This document shows, in pieces, positions 27,661 to 38,810 of a stretch of DNA of 64,000 nucleotides (positions within the stretch are counted from its first letter, which is position 1; each line of letters starts with the position of its first letter). A model generated the notes under the pieces. The model was given only the letters and a program-made list of their open reading frames with translations, did no database searches and was not told where the DNA came from. This stretch comes from Armatimonadota bacterium (lineage in GTDB: Bacteria > Armatimonadota > SYMT01): the NCBI GenBank assembly GCA_041690135.1, contig JAWLHY010000008.1:302784-366783 (forward strand), in the 5' to 3' direction. The position numbers were made by a program, and so were the translations under genes.

Positions 27661-28566
27661 GTGCTCCCTCTTGACCAGCTCGCGACCGAGCAGGCCAACC
27701 CGCACACGGCGGACCTCGATATCCTACCGACTGAAGAGGCCCTGTACCGCTTGAGCGACGAGGACCGGCTCGTTCCGGATGCCGTCCGACGAGAGGTTCC
27801 GCGCATCGCTCGCGCCGTGGAATTGATCGAACGTGCCTTGCGCCGGGAGGGCCGCCTCATCTACGTGGGCGCCGGTACGAGTGGGCGCCTGGGGTGCCTG
27901 GACGCCTCCGAGATCCCACCTACTTACGGGATGGAAGCCGGCCGGGTCGTGGGAATCATTGCCGGGGGGGACCACGCGCTCCGGAATAGCATCGAAGGCG
28001 CTGAAGACGATCCCGACGCGGGCGCGGCCATGATGGCCGAGTTGGGGGTGGACGACCGAGATGTCGTCTGCGGCATCGCTGCCAGCGGACGCACGCCCTA
28101 CGTATTGGGAGCCTTGGCCGAAGCCCATCGCCGGGGGGCCGCGACTGTAGGTGTAGCGACCAACCGCCCCTCCGACATGGAAGCACATGTGGATGTAATG
28201 ATCGCTCCGGTGGTCGGTCCGGAACCCGTAAGCGGGTCCACTCGCATGAAGAGCGGCACCGCCCAAAAGCTGGTCCTCAACATGCTTTCCACGATGGCGA
28301 TGGTCCGCATCGGTAAAACCTACGGGAACCTGATGGTCGACCTCCGCGCCACGAATGCGAAACTGGTGCATCGAGCCCAGCGCCTGATCCGCATGGTAAC
28401 CGGAGTAGACGAACAGGAAGCCGCTGAGCTTTTCGCGGCGAGCGGCAAAGATACCAAGTTGGCCATCCTGATGGGTCTAACGGGTCTGGACGCGGAAGCG
28501 GCCCGTACCCGCCTGGACGCCGCGGGCGGAGTGCTTCGGCGGGCAATGCTTGAAGTCCAGGACTGA
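27661..28566 (+). CDS. murQ: N-acetylmuramic acid 6-phosphate etherase
   Basis: TEQANP, YVGAGTSGRLG.LDASEIPPTY, IAASGRTPYV, GSTRMKSGTAQK. Confidence 0.95.
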   Translation: MLPLDQLATEQANPHTADLDILPTEEALYRLSDEDRLVPDAVRREVPRIARAVELIERALRREGRLIYVGAGTSGRLGCLDASEIPPTYGMEAGRVVGIIAGGDHALRNSIEGAEDDPDAGAAMMAELGVDDRDVVCGIAASGRTPYVLGALAEAHRRGAATVGVATNRPSDMEAHVDVMIAPVVGPEPVSGSTRMKSGTAQKLVLNMLSTMAMVRIGKTYGNLMVDLRATNAKLVHRAQRLIRMVTGVDEQEAAELFAASGKDTKLAILMGLTGLDAEAARTRLDAAGGVLRRAMLEVQD

Positions 28567-28615
28567 CCGGCGGGGCGACCTGGACGCGACCCGCCGAAGG
28601 AGACCCATTCCCAGC

Positions 28616-29806
28616 ATGCTTGCGGATCTGAAGGCGCGATTGGATGATGGCCGCCCCGTATTGGCCATTGGATTGATGTCCGGAACCTCCGCAGACGGCA
28701 TCGATGCGGCGCTCGTCCGCCTCTGGAGGGAAGCAGAGCGCCTCCGGGTCGAGCTGGTCCGTTTCGATACAGTGCCGTATCCGGCGGCGGTGCGTGAGCT
28801 GCTTTTCCGCTGCTTCGACAACGCCGCGACCGTTCGGGATCTCTGCGCCCTCCATGCCATGGTGGGTGAGCTTTTCGCGGATGCCGCGGAAGCCGTCGGT
28901 GCGCACGGTGAAGCCGGTAGGGAAGAGCCCCTGGCGTTCGTGGCCTCTCATGGCCAGACCGTCTGGCATGAGCCGTTGCCCACGGACACTGTGTACGCAC
29001 TCGGTGGGGCACGAGCGCGCGGCACACTCCAGATCGGCGAAGCAGCACGTATTGCCGCTCGGCTTGGGGTACCTGTGGTTAGCGACTTCCGGCAGCAAGA
29101 TCTGGCCCTTGGAGGTCAGGGCGCGCCCCTCGCACCCTACATGGATTACCTGCTCTTCTCCGATGCCACCGAATCTAGGGCGGTGCAGAATCTCGGTGGG
29201 ATTGGCAACGTCGCCTACTTACCGGCCAGAGCCAGCCTGGACGAGGTAGTCGCGTTCGATACGGGTCCCGCCAATGCCCTCATCGATACCGCCACAAGCC
29301 TGGTGTCCGAGGGAAAGCTTACCTATGACCGCGACGGGCAACTGGCAGCATCTGCGCCCTTCGATCCGGCACTGCTCGAGTCGCTGCTGCGGGAACCCTA
29401 CTTCGCGCAACGCCCCCCCAAAAGCACCGGCCGCGAGCTTTTCAGCGCGGCGCGCGTGCGGGAGTTGTGGGAGGCTGGCCACCGCGGACCCGAACTGGTA
29501 TCTACCCTCACCCAACTGACCGTGGAAAGCGTCGCCGCCGCTTACCGGCAGTGGCTGGGGCCCGTGGATCGGGTCATCGTGGGGGGTGGCGGAGCGCGTA
29601 ATCCGGAACTGATGCGCCGGTTGGGAACCGCCCTTGCGCCCGCCGTGGTATGCACCCACGAAGCGCTCGGGATCAACAGCGAGGCGAAGGAGGCGATTGC
29701 GTTTGCCATCATGGGCTACGAAACTCTCCGGGGTCGCCCCTCCAACGTGCCCTCCGCCACCGGCGCTGCCCGCGCCTGTGTCCAGGGCAAGATAACGCTC
29801 CCCTGA
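28616..29806 (+). CDS. anmK: Anhydro-N-acetylmuramic acid kinase
   Basis: GLMSGTSADGID, SHGQTVWH, GGQGAPL, NLGGIGN, FDTGPAN, PPKSTGRE, KEAIAFA. Confidence 0.95.
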   Translation: MLADLKARLDDGRPVLAIGLMSGTSADGIDAALVRLWREAERLRVELVRFDTVPYPAAVRELLFRCFDNAATVRDLCALHAMVGELFADAAEAVGAHGEAGREEPLAFVASHGQTVWHEPLPTDTVYALGGARARGTLQIGEAARIAARLGVPVVSDFRQQDLALGGQGAPLAPYMDYLLFSDATESRAVQNLGGIGNVAYLPARASLDEVVAFDTGPANALIDTATSLVSEGKLTYDRDGQLAASAPFDPALLESLLREPYFAQRPPKSTGRELFSAARVRELWEAGHRGPELVSTLTQLTVESVAAAYRQWLGPVDRVIVGGGGARNPELMRRLGTALAPAVVCTHEALGINSEAKEAIAFAIMGYETLRGRPSNVPSATGAARACVQGKITLP

Positions 29807-29910
29807 TCCCGCCGCCTTCCCCGGTTTCCTCCAAACCGCAAATAACTGAACCACCCGGTCGCTCCGTGCGTCAGGGGGGACAGGTGAGAGCCTGGACGGG
29901 TGGGGAAACG

Positions 29911-30489
29911 ATGCACGCTGCTGCGGTAGTGACGATCAAGAACGCAACAATCTCAACCGACCGCACCTTCGAAGGACTGGTTCAGCAGTACAAGAACCGG
30001 ATCTTCGGGTACGTTTGCCGGTTGACGAACGACAGCCCGGATGCGGAAGATATCACCCAGGAGGTGTTCATCCGCGCCTACCAGTCGATGCACGCGTTCC
30101 GGCATGACGCGGCGGTAGACACCTGGCTGTACCGGATTGCCACCAACCTGGTGATCGATCGGTTTCGCCGGGAGAAGCGCGCCCCCCAGTGGGTGCCGGT
30201 CACTGAGGACCCGGACGAAACTGCCCGGGAACTACCCAGTCTGGATCGTGAGGCGGACCCTCAGGCTTCCATGCAGCTCAATGAACTGCAGGCCCAGGTG
30301 CAGAAAGCGGTCCGTTCGCTGCCGACCAAGCTTCGCACTGTGGTGGTGCTGCACGATATGGAAGGCCTATCCTACGAGGAAGTGGCGCAGACTCTCGGGT
30401 GCCCTGTTGGGACCGTCAAGTCCCGATTATTCAACGCGCGGCTGATGCTCCGCAAGAAACTCCAGCACTACATGGAGGGATCGGTATGA
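29911..30489 (+). CDS. ECF sigma-70 factor (RpoE/SigW-like)
   Basis: DAEDITQEVF, TWLYRIATN, EGLSYEEVA...GTVKSRLFNAR. Confidence 0.92.
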   Translation: MHAAAVVTIKNATISTDRTFEGLVQQYKNRIFGYVCRLTNDSPDAEDITQEVFIRAYQSMHAFRHDAAVDTWLYRIATNLVIDRFRREKRAPQWVPVTEDPDETARELPSLDREADPQASMQLNELQAQVQKAVRSLPTKLRTVVVLHDMEGLSYEEVAQTLGCPVGTVKSRLFNARLMLRKKLQHYMEGSV

Positions 30490-30989
30490 CCTGCGGAAAG
30501 ATTCGAATCCTCATCCAGGACTACGTGGACGGCTCGGCGAGCGCATCCCAACGGGAGGCGGTGGATGCCCACGTGGCGGATTGCCCCTCCTGCGGACGCG
30601 AACTTGCCGAGTCTCGCCAACTGCTGCAGTGGATGAGCGGTACGCCCCAGCGAGAGGTCAGCCGCGATTTCGACCGGAAGCTGATGGCGGCACTTCAGGA
30701 GCGCGCCCCGGCGCCACGAAAAACCGCGTGGTGGGAAGAACTCCGGCTGCGGTTCGAGTGGCGGCTGCGCATACCCGCCATGGTTGCGGCGGGAAGTCTC
30801 GCCACGGCGCTTATCGCGGTTGTGGTGGGGCCGCAGTCGACGCCCCAAAGATCGGGGGAGGAGACACGAGTGCTGTTGTCGTCGGCAATCGAGCGGCACC
30901 AGGAGCTTCAGCGCGCCAATTCCGACGTGGATTGGGAGGCTGTGGATCAAAGCATCGCGCTAAGCACAGGCAGTGTTCTGACCGAGTAG
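30486..30989 (+). CDS. Zinc-finger (zf-HC2) transmembrane anti-sigma factor
   Basis: MTC..I...I.DYVDG, HVADCPSC, one TM helix; ATGA overlap with the sigma gene. Confidence 0.88.
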   Translation: MTCGKIRILIQDYVDGSASASQREAVDAHVADCPSCGRELAESRQLLQWMSGTPQREVSRDFDRKLMAALQERAPAPRKTAWWEELRLRFEWRLRIPAMVAAGSLATALIAVVVGPQSTPQRSGEETRVLLSSAIERHQELQRANSDVDWEAVDQSIALSTGSVLTE

Positions 30990-30996
30990 CAGTCCT

Positions 30997-31965
30997 ATGG
31001 TTCGGAAGTTTTGCAGTCCAGTGAGAATCAGTCTGGCTCTGGCGGTGCTGGCAACATTGCCCGCCCGTGCAGAGGATCCGCGCGAGATTCTCCGGAAGAG
31101 CCTCAACCCGCGCGACAAGACTTACATTGGAGAGCAGGTGGTCGAAGACAGCCGCCGCCCGCCCCGCCCCCGGCGTCCCGGCAGCCCCGACCCGGTGCAA
31201 AAAGTCTACCGCAAAGGTCAGTACCTCAAAATCGAGTTCCCCACCGGACAGGTGCTCTACGATAACGGCGAGACCTCTCAGCTCTACTTCCCGCGTCAGG
31301 GGGTGGTCGAGACGGCCCCATCCCGGCAGGCGCTCGACAAATTGAAGGCAGCGGAACGAGCGATCCGGAATCCGAGGACGGAAGTCACCCTCGAAGAAGA
31401 TACCGCAATTGCCGGGCGTGACTGTTACGTGCTGTCCGTCAAGCCGCCGCGGGGGTCTCAGCGGAAGCTCTGGATCGATAAGGCCACGTTCCTTCAACTC
31501 CGTCTCGACGAAACCCAACCGAACGGCCGGGTGGTGAGTACCTACTTCCGCAGCATCGATTTCGACGCCCTGCCCACCCGGCAGCAGTTAGCGTTCAACC
31601 TGCCACCGGATGTACGGCCGGTGGAGAAAGGGGGAGGACGCCCGGTGCCGCGCAAAGTCGCGGAGGCGCTCGCTCGCCGATGGGGCGGCCCCCTGGAGCC
31701 GCGGTTTACGGCCGGATACAAGCTCCGGGGCTTCTACCGCCATGCTTTCAAAGGCCAGCCGATGCTGGTGGCGGTTTATGAAAGCCCAGACGGGAAATCG
31801 ACCCTTTCACTCTTCCAGAGCGCCTCGATGGGCATGGAGCAAATGCCGGTCAAGCGAAAGCCTCCGGTACGGGTGCTCGCGGCCAAGAAAGGGCAGGCCG
31901 ATCTCATCCTGGTCGGCTCGCTACCCGAAGAACAGCTACAGCGGGTCATGGATTCCGTCGAGTAG
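30997..31965 (+). CDS. MucB/RseB-like (LolA-fold) extracytoplasmic sigma-E regulator
   Basis: Signal peptide; IAGRDCYVL, KLWIDKAT..LR, YESPDG.STLSLFQ; downstream of the sigma/anti-sigma pair. Confidence 0.75.
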   Translation: MVRKFCSPVRISLALAVLATLPARAEDPREILRKSLNPRDKTYIGEQVVEDSRRPPRPRRPGSPDPVQKVYRKGQYLKIEFPTGQVLYDNGETSQLYFPRQGVVETAPSRQALDKLKAAERAIRNPRTEVTLEEDTAIAGRDCYVLSVKPPRGSQRKLWIDKATFLQLRLDETQPNGRVVSTYFRSIDFDALPTRQQLAFNLPPDVRPVEKGGGRPVPRKVAEALARRWGGPLEPRFTAGYKLRGFYRHAFKGQPMLVAVYESPDGKSTLSLFQSASMGMEQMPVKRKPPVRVLAAKKGQADLILVGSLPEEQLQRVMDSVE

Positions 31966-32336
31966 GCGGCCAGCGTCTGCGCCCATCTTTCAGCTATCCA
32001 AGCGGGCGCAATGTCCGCTCCATCCATTGGATGCCCGGCGAGCAGGGGTGATCTGCGACGACAGCGCAACCACAGGCTCCCGCAGTGCAACCCATCACCC
32101 CTTTGGGGGACCCGGGCGTGGGCCTGCGGGACGAACCACCCATTCCGTGGGTACCCGGCGCGGGCAGTTGTACTGCCCGCGCTCAAGTATCCCAACAACG
32201 TCCTGCACGGCTAGCGCCTGCACGCCTGCACCTCTGTACACCCGAACACCTCAATACCTGACCACCCTGGCACCCTCACCGTTCGACTGCTATCCCACCC
32301 GCCGCCGTTTCATTTGGCGCGCGCTGCCAAAAGCAC

Positions 32337-32366
32337 TTGCACCTTGTGGAGTGATTAGGCTAGAAT
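32337..32366 (+). promoter_or_regulatory. Sigma70-type promoter of groES
   Basis: TTGCAC-N18-TAGAAT just upstream of the CIRCE. Confidence 0.55.
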
Positions 32367-32374
32367 TACGCCGG

Positions 32375-32401
32375 TTAGCACTCGGCTAGGGGGAGTGCTA
32401 A
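32375..32401. promoter_or_regulatory. CIRCE operator (HrcA site) upstream of groES
   Basis: Perfect TTAGCACTC-N9-GAGTGCTAA. Confidence 0.96.
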
Positions 32402-32481
32402 CCCTTTCCCTTCCCCCTACCGCTTTGCAACCCGGGATAGAACCCGGACGTCACGTCTAGGAACGCAGGAGGAGTGTAGAG

Positions 32482-32775
32482 ATGGCTAGCCTCAAGCCTC
32501 TTTCCGACCGCATTATCGTCAAGGCCGTTGCCGGCGAAGAAAAGACCGCCGGCGGCATCGTTCTCCCGGACACCGCCAAAGAGAAGCCGCAGCAGGGCGA
32601 AGTGCTCGCCGTCGGACCGGGTCGCGTGCTCGACAACGGCAAGATCAGCCCGATGGACATCCAGGTCGGCGATCGGGTCTACTACGGCAAGTACAGCGGC
32701 ACCGAAGTGAAGCTGAACGGCCAGGAACTGGTGGTTCTCCGGCAGGATGACGTCCTCGGCGTCGTCGAGGCCTAA
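32482..32775 (+). CDS. groES: Co-chaperonin GroES
   Basis: LKPLSDRI, TAGGIVLPDTAKEKPQQGEV.AVGPG. Confidence 0.98.
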   Translation: MASLKPLSDRIIVKAVAGEEKTAGGIVLPDTAKEKPQQGEVLAVGPGRVLDNGKISPMDIQVGDRVYYGKYSGTEVKLNGQELVVLRQDDVLGVVEA

Positions 32776-32792
32776 CGACTCAAAGGAGTTAA

Positions 32793-34451
<1,659 letters not shown>

Positions 34452-34490
34452 TCCCACGCCTTCCGGCAACCGAAACGCCAAGCAAACAGG

Positions 34491-34530
34491 ACGGGGCCTA
34501 CCTGGAATACCGGGGAGGCCCCGTTCGCTT
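34491..34530 (+). terminator. Probable groEL terminator
   Basis: ACGGGGCCT...AGGCCCCGT stem followed by TCGCTT. Confidence 0.55.
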
Positions 34531-34569
34531 TCACAATCCTGCGGCACTCGCTACAATCGGTCGAGGGAG

Positions 34570-35715
34570 ATGAGCCGAAGGAGGCGAGAATTGCGTTTTT
34601 GGTTTGCAAGCGCGGTCATGGGCGTCCTGTTGGCGGGGTGCAACACGCCGGTGTCACCATCGCGGAACCCGGGGGACATCTCATCCACTCCCGGCACAGC
34701 CCCGTCCCAGCGTGATCTGGGCAACGAGCCCCTGCGGGTTCATTTTCTGGATGTTGGTCAAGGAGACGCAGCCTGGATCGAAGCGCCCGGCGACGTCGAC
34801 GTCTTGATCGATGGCGGGCCTTCCGATGCCGGCCCTCGGGTGCTGGAAGTTCTCCGTAGCCGGGGCGTAGAACAACTCGATTGGGTCGTGGGTACCCACC
34901 CGCACGAAGACCACATCGGCGGCCTTATCGACGTGCTCCGGGCCATGCCGGTCGAGAGGGCGCTCGATCCCGGCTACAACCACGGTACGGCCACTCAGCG
35001 CACCTATCTTCAGCTCCTGAAGTCGAAGGGGGTCAAGACAGTACGCGCGCGCGCCGGCCAGGTTTACGACCTGGGACCTGGAACCCAACTGGAGGTCCTT
35101 GCACCGCAGGAGCCGCTCCTCCGCAATACCGAGTCCGACGCCAACAACAACTCGATCGTGGCAAGGCTGGTTCACGGCGATACGCGCGTGTTGTTCACCG
35201 GCGACATGGAGAACGAGCAGCGCGAGCGGTTGCTGGATAGCACCCCCTCAAACGCGCTGCAAGCCGGTATCCTGAAGGTCGCCCACCACGGCAGCCACAA
35301 CGGTACCGACCCACGGTTCCTGCGTACCGTGGCCCCTCGCTTTGCGGTCGTCTCCCTGGCGGACGGCAATGAATACGGCCACCCCCACCTTGAGACGCTC
35401 GATGAACTTCGTGCCGCCGGGATTCCGGTCTATCGCACGGACCAACTGGGAGACGTCACCTTCGAGTCGGAGGGCCGGACTCTGCGCCCACTGACGGCTG
35501 CCAGTGTAACGCACAAAGCAGCGCCCGCAACTCCGGAAACTACACCCCAGGCAATAGGTCCCGTAGTGGGAAACACTTCCAGCCGGGTGTACCACGCACC
35601 GGATTGCGGCTCTCTCCCCTCCCCGGAGAATCGCGAGCGCCTGGCGACTGCGGCCGAGGCGGAGCGAGCCGGATATCGCCCTCATCGCAAATGTATCAAT
35701 CCCGCAGGACGCTAG
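34570..35715 (+). CDS. ComEC/Rec2-type metallo-beta-lactamase-fold lipoprotein with a C-terminal Ada-like metal-binding domain
   Basis: Lipobox LLAGC; FLDVGQGDA, THPHEDHIGG, LFTGD, KVAHHGS, YGHPH; C-terminal YHAPDC...GYRPHRKC. Confidence 0.88.
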   Translation: MSRRRRELRFWFASAVMGVLLAGCNTPVSPSRNPGDISSTPGTAPSQRDLGNEPLRVHFLDVGQGDAAWIEAPGDVDVLIDGGPSDAGPRVLEVLRSRGVEQLDWVVGTHPHEDHIGGLIDVLRAMPVERALDPGYNHGTATQRTYLQLLKSKGVKTVRARAGQVYDLGPGTQLEVLAPQEPLLRNTESDANNNSIVARLVHGDTRVLFTGDMENEQRERLLDSTPSNALQAGILKVAHHGSHNGTDPRFLRTVAPRFAVVSLADGNEYGHPHLETLDELRAAGIPVYRTDQLGDVTFESEGRTLRPLTAASVTHKAAPATPETTPQAIGPVVGNTSSRVYHAPDCGSLPSPENRERLATAAEAERAGYRPHRKCINPAGR

Positions 35716-35753
35716 CGCCATTCGTGCCAGCATCAACGGAGGGAATTGGCAAG

Positions 35754-35975
35754 ATGTCGGAACGGGCCTATGTTGACCGCATCGAAGGAGACCGTGTCGT
35801 CCTGGTCCTCGGCCTCGAGGGGCGGGAGACCGCCTCTATCCCTGCCCGCCTTCTTCCTCCCGGTATCCGCGAGGGCGCTGCTGTCGACCTTTCGCTGGTC
35901 CTGGCTCCGGATGACGGCAACCGGCAGGAAGTACGGTCGCTGATGGACGATCTCTTCTCCGATTCACCCCCGTGA
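35754..35975 (+). CDS. DUF3006 domain protein
   Basis: VDRIEGDRVVL..LP.GIREG; usual partner downstream of ComEC-type MBL genes. Confidence 0.8.
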   Translation: MSERAYVDRIEGDRVVLVLGLEGRETASIPARLLPPGIREGAAVDLSLVLAPDDGNRQEVRSLMDDLFSDSPP

Positions 35976-36033
35976 AGCACTGGGGCCTCCCGCGGTGATA
36001 CCCTAGAGAGGGATTGAGGAGGAGCCGCGGAGT

Positions 36034-37410
36034 ATGACCGGAGAGCAGTTGACGGCGGAGCAGCGAGAAGCGGCACAGAAGGACCTGCTTCGCTTCACGG
36101 CCCTCAATGCCTTTTCGTTTGAAATCCTGGCAGGCCAGATCCTGATCCTGTTCGCCCGCCAGGTGGGAGCCTCGCTCGCCCAGATCGGGTTGCTCTCTGC
36201 CCTCCTTCCGTTTGCGTCCATCATCCAGCTGGCCGTGGCGCCGCTGGTGAACCGCTTCGGACCCCGAGTAGTGATGCTGGTCGGCTGGGGGGCGCGCACC
36301 GCTGTCTCGGTGGTGCTGTTTTTGGTGCCGGTGGCGGGTAGCACGGGAGGGGCTGCGGCGGCCACCCAGGTGCTGCTCTGGGTAATGGGCGGCTTCTACC
36401 TCTGCCGGGCGCTGGGTATGAGCTCCTGGCTGCCGCTGTTGCAGGAGATCGTGCCGCCGCAGGACCGCGGCATCTATCTTAGCCGCCAGGAGTGGATCCG
36501 GCAGGTCAGCATCGTGCTGGTCGCGGTAATCACGGCAGCCTACCTGCTGGGGGAAACCGGCACCACGCGGTACCTGCACGTCATCGGGATCGGCGTGCTG
36601 GCGGCGGCCTGGAGCCTTTACTACCTCTGGAGCGTTCCGGACGTGGGCGAGATGGCCGAGAGCCTCGACCGCGATTACCTGAAGCGGGCGATGGCGCCCG
36701 CCCGGGATACCGTCTTTCGGCTTTATCTCGCGTTTTCCGTGACGCTCCGCATGGTCCTGACCGCGGTGGCGCCGTTCATTGTCGTCTTTCTGCGCGAGGG
36801 GCTGGGCCTGCCCGCATCCGGCGTGATCGCCGTAACCACCGTCGGCAGTATCGGGGCTATCGTGACCCTGGGCTGGTGGGGACAGTGGTCGGACCGTCAC
36901 GGCGCCAAGCCCGCTCTGGCCATGAGCATTGTGGGGATGGGGATCGGACTCCTTCTCTGGCTACTGGCGGAGCCCAGCCCGACATGGTTCTGGGTAGGCG
37001 TGCCGGCCGTCTCGTTCTTTTCCGGCATCTTCACGGGCGGCCTCACGGTGTCCATGTCCAAGTTCGAACTGGGTTTCATCCCCGCCGTCGGCAGGGCGCA
37101 CTACGTGGCCCTGAACGTCACCGTGGTAGGGCTCACCAGTGCGGCTGCTACCTTCTTTGCGGGTCGCCTGCTCCAACTACTCTCCGGAATCCGGATTGAG
37201 TGGGGCTGGCTGACCTTTGATCAGTACCGGATCTTCTTCGTGCTCTCCGCAGCCGGCCTCCTGGTTCCACTGGTGATCCGTCGCATCCTGCCCGAGGAGC
37301 GCGCCCGCAGTCTGCGTGCATTGATGCGCCGAGCCTGGTTGCGCCGAGCCGTGATGCTGCGACGCATGGCGCGCCGCGCGCCGCGCCGCAAGTTTTTCCC
37401 TCGGCGTTGA
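36034..37410 (+). CDS. MFS transporter
   Basis: About 12 TM helices; WGQWSDRHGAK loop motif. Confidence 0.85.
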   Translation: MTGEQLTAEQREAAQKDLLRFTALNAFSFEILAGQILILFARQVGASLAQIGLLSALLPFASIIQLAVAPLVNRFGPRVVMLVGWGARTAVSVVLFLVPVAGSTGGAAAATQVLLWVMGGFYLCRALGMSSWLPLLQEIVPPQDRGIYLSRQEWIRQVSIVLVAVITAAYLLGETGTTRYLHVIGIGVLAAAWSLYYLWSVPDVGEMAESLDRDYLKRAMAPARDTVFRLYLAFSVTLRMVLTAVAPFIVVFLREGLGLPASGVIAVTTVGSIGAIVTLGWWGQWSDRHGAKPALAMSIVGMGIGLLLWLLAEPSPTWFWVGVPAVSFFSGIFTGGLTVSMSKFELGFIPAVGRAHYVALNVTVVGLTSAAATFFAGRLLQLLSGIRIEWGWLTFDQYRIFFVLSAAGLLVPLVIRRILPEERARSLRALMRRAWLRRAVMLRRMARRAPRRKFFPRR

Positions 37411-38079
37411 GTAGCGGGCTATCGGGCCCTCTTGTTTGGACTTCGGATCTCGCCGTCGTTTGTCGGGGCACGACTTGCCGAGTTGTAGCTTGACAAGTCG
37501 TGTTCCGTATTCGCTATGGAACCGGAGTGGAATCCGCGGACCTGCGGCATCATCCGCTGGCGGACCTGTATGCCGCAGGCCCGTGTAACCTGAACGCGAG
37601 CGAAAGATTCCTGGAGGGGCAGGTGTAAGCGCCGGTGGATTCGGGAACAACGCATCGGTCGCGTCTCCCGGTCCCACTCCGGATGCGGGTGGCTCGTGTC
37701 GAGTCGACTCTCGCTGCAGGAACTCCACGCTCCAATAGTGCGATCGACCCATCGAGTACCATTCGATAATCCCGCCAACCCGGGCGAAATCAGGCGCATG
37801 CGGCAGTGGAGACAGGAATGCCGGATTCGGGGTTTCCACCCTTTGAAACTGTGGAATTCGGTCTGCCGGAAACAGTGCGTTCCCGGAGTAACAGGTGCCT
37901 GCGTCCACCGTGCAGGCAAGATTAGTGTGCTTGCGGGAACGCGAAACAGGCCCGTCATCGTCTCCACATAGCAGAAGACGCCGCTGTTCAGAACGCCCCT
38001 AGGCGGCGCGACCCACCGCAGTAGGTGTAGGAAATAACGTTTGTGGGTAGACATACCCGTCCTAGCAAGTAAGAACGCC

Positions 38080-38106
38080 GTTTGGCCGTCTCTTTGGTAG
38101 GGGTAC
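38080..38106 (+). promoter_or_regulatory. Candidate SigB/SigF-type promoter
   Basis: GTTT-N17-GGGTAC, 28 nt upstream of the RsbW-like gene. Confidence 0.4.
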
Positions 38107-38134
38107 ACCTAACCGAGCACGAGAGGCGCAACGA

Positions 38135-38653
38135 ATGTCAGTGAAGCCCAGAAGAGAACTGGAATTGCATATCCCAGCGGAACCGCGTGTCGTGCAGAAC
38201 GTACGCGAGGAATTCGAGGAATTCATCCGCCCTCTCCACCTGACTGCCGATGAGGTCGACTCCCTCAAGGTCGCCCTGTCGGAAGCCTGTAGTAACGCCG
38301 TCTGCCACGGTTCCCCGCGCGGACGCCGGAACCAGGTCCACCTCCGCTTTGCATACGACGACGAACAGCTGTTTATCGAAGTCATCGACGAAGGAAAGGG
38401 ATTTCGGCCCTCGCAGATTGCCCTCCCGGACTACGAGGAGTGGAAGCCCTCCGGCCGGGGCCTGTTCCTGATGCAGGCGCTCATGGACGACGTCGAGTTC
38501 GAGCCATGTCGCTCGGGAACTCGGGTGAAACTCACCAAGTACCTCGTGTCCCACGCGGCGGAAACGTTGACCGTCCATCGGGGAGCCGTTGCCGGAGGCG
38601 CCCTGGGCGCAACCGCACTCCAGCCGATTGCAGCCTACCAGGAACTGGCATAG
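38135..38653 (+). CDS. RsbW-like anti-sigma factor / serine kinase (HATPase_c_2), orphan
   Basis: Intact N-box EACSNAVCHG, G1 IDEGKGF, G2 GRGLFLMQALMDDV. Confidence 0.88.
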   Translation: MSVKPRRELELHIPAEPRVVQNVREEFEEFIRPLHLTADEVDSLKVALSEACSNAVCHGSPRGRRNQVHLRFAYDDEQLFIEVIDEGKGFRPSQIALPDYEEWKPSGRGLFLMQALMDDVEFEPCRSGTRVKLTKYLVSHAAETLTVHRGAVAGGALGATALQPIAAYQELA

Positions 38654-38810
38654 CCGTCCATCGGACGGCTATCGCCGCACCCGCGCGCATTGGCCTGGTT
38701 TCGACCGGGCTCCTTTTGCCTGCGCTGCCACTCTTTGACTGCCGGCGCCTCCCTAGAGGCCGTTGCAGTCGCCACACCCACTTGCACGCCGGCAAGGGGG
38801 CAAGTGCCGC

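Noticed and set aside
37419-38108. 229-aa and 243-aa minus-strand ORFs in the MFS-rsbW gap
   Set aside because: No recognisable domain or RBS and atypical composition; the region looks non-coding and structured.
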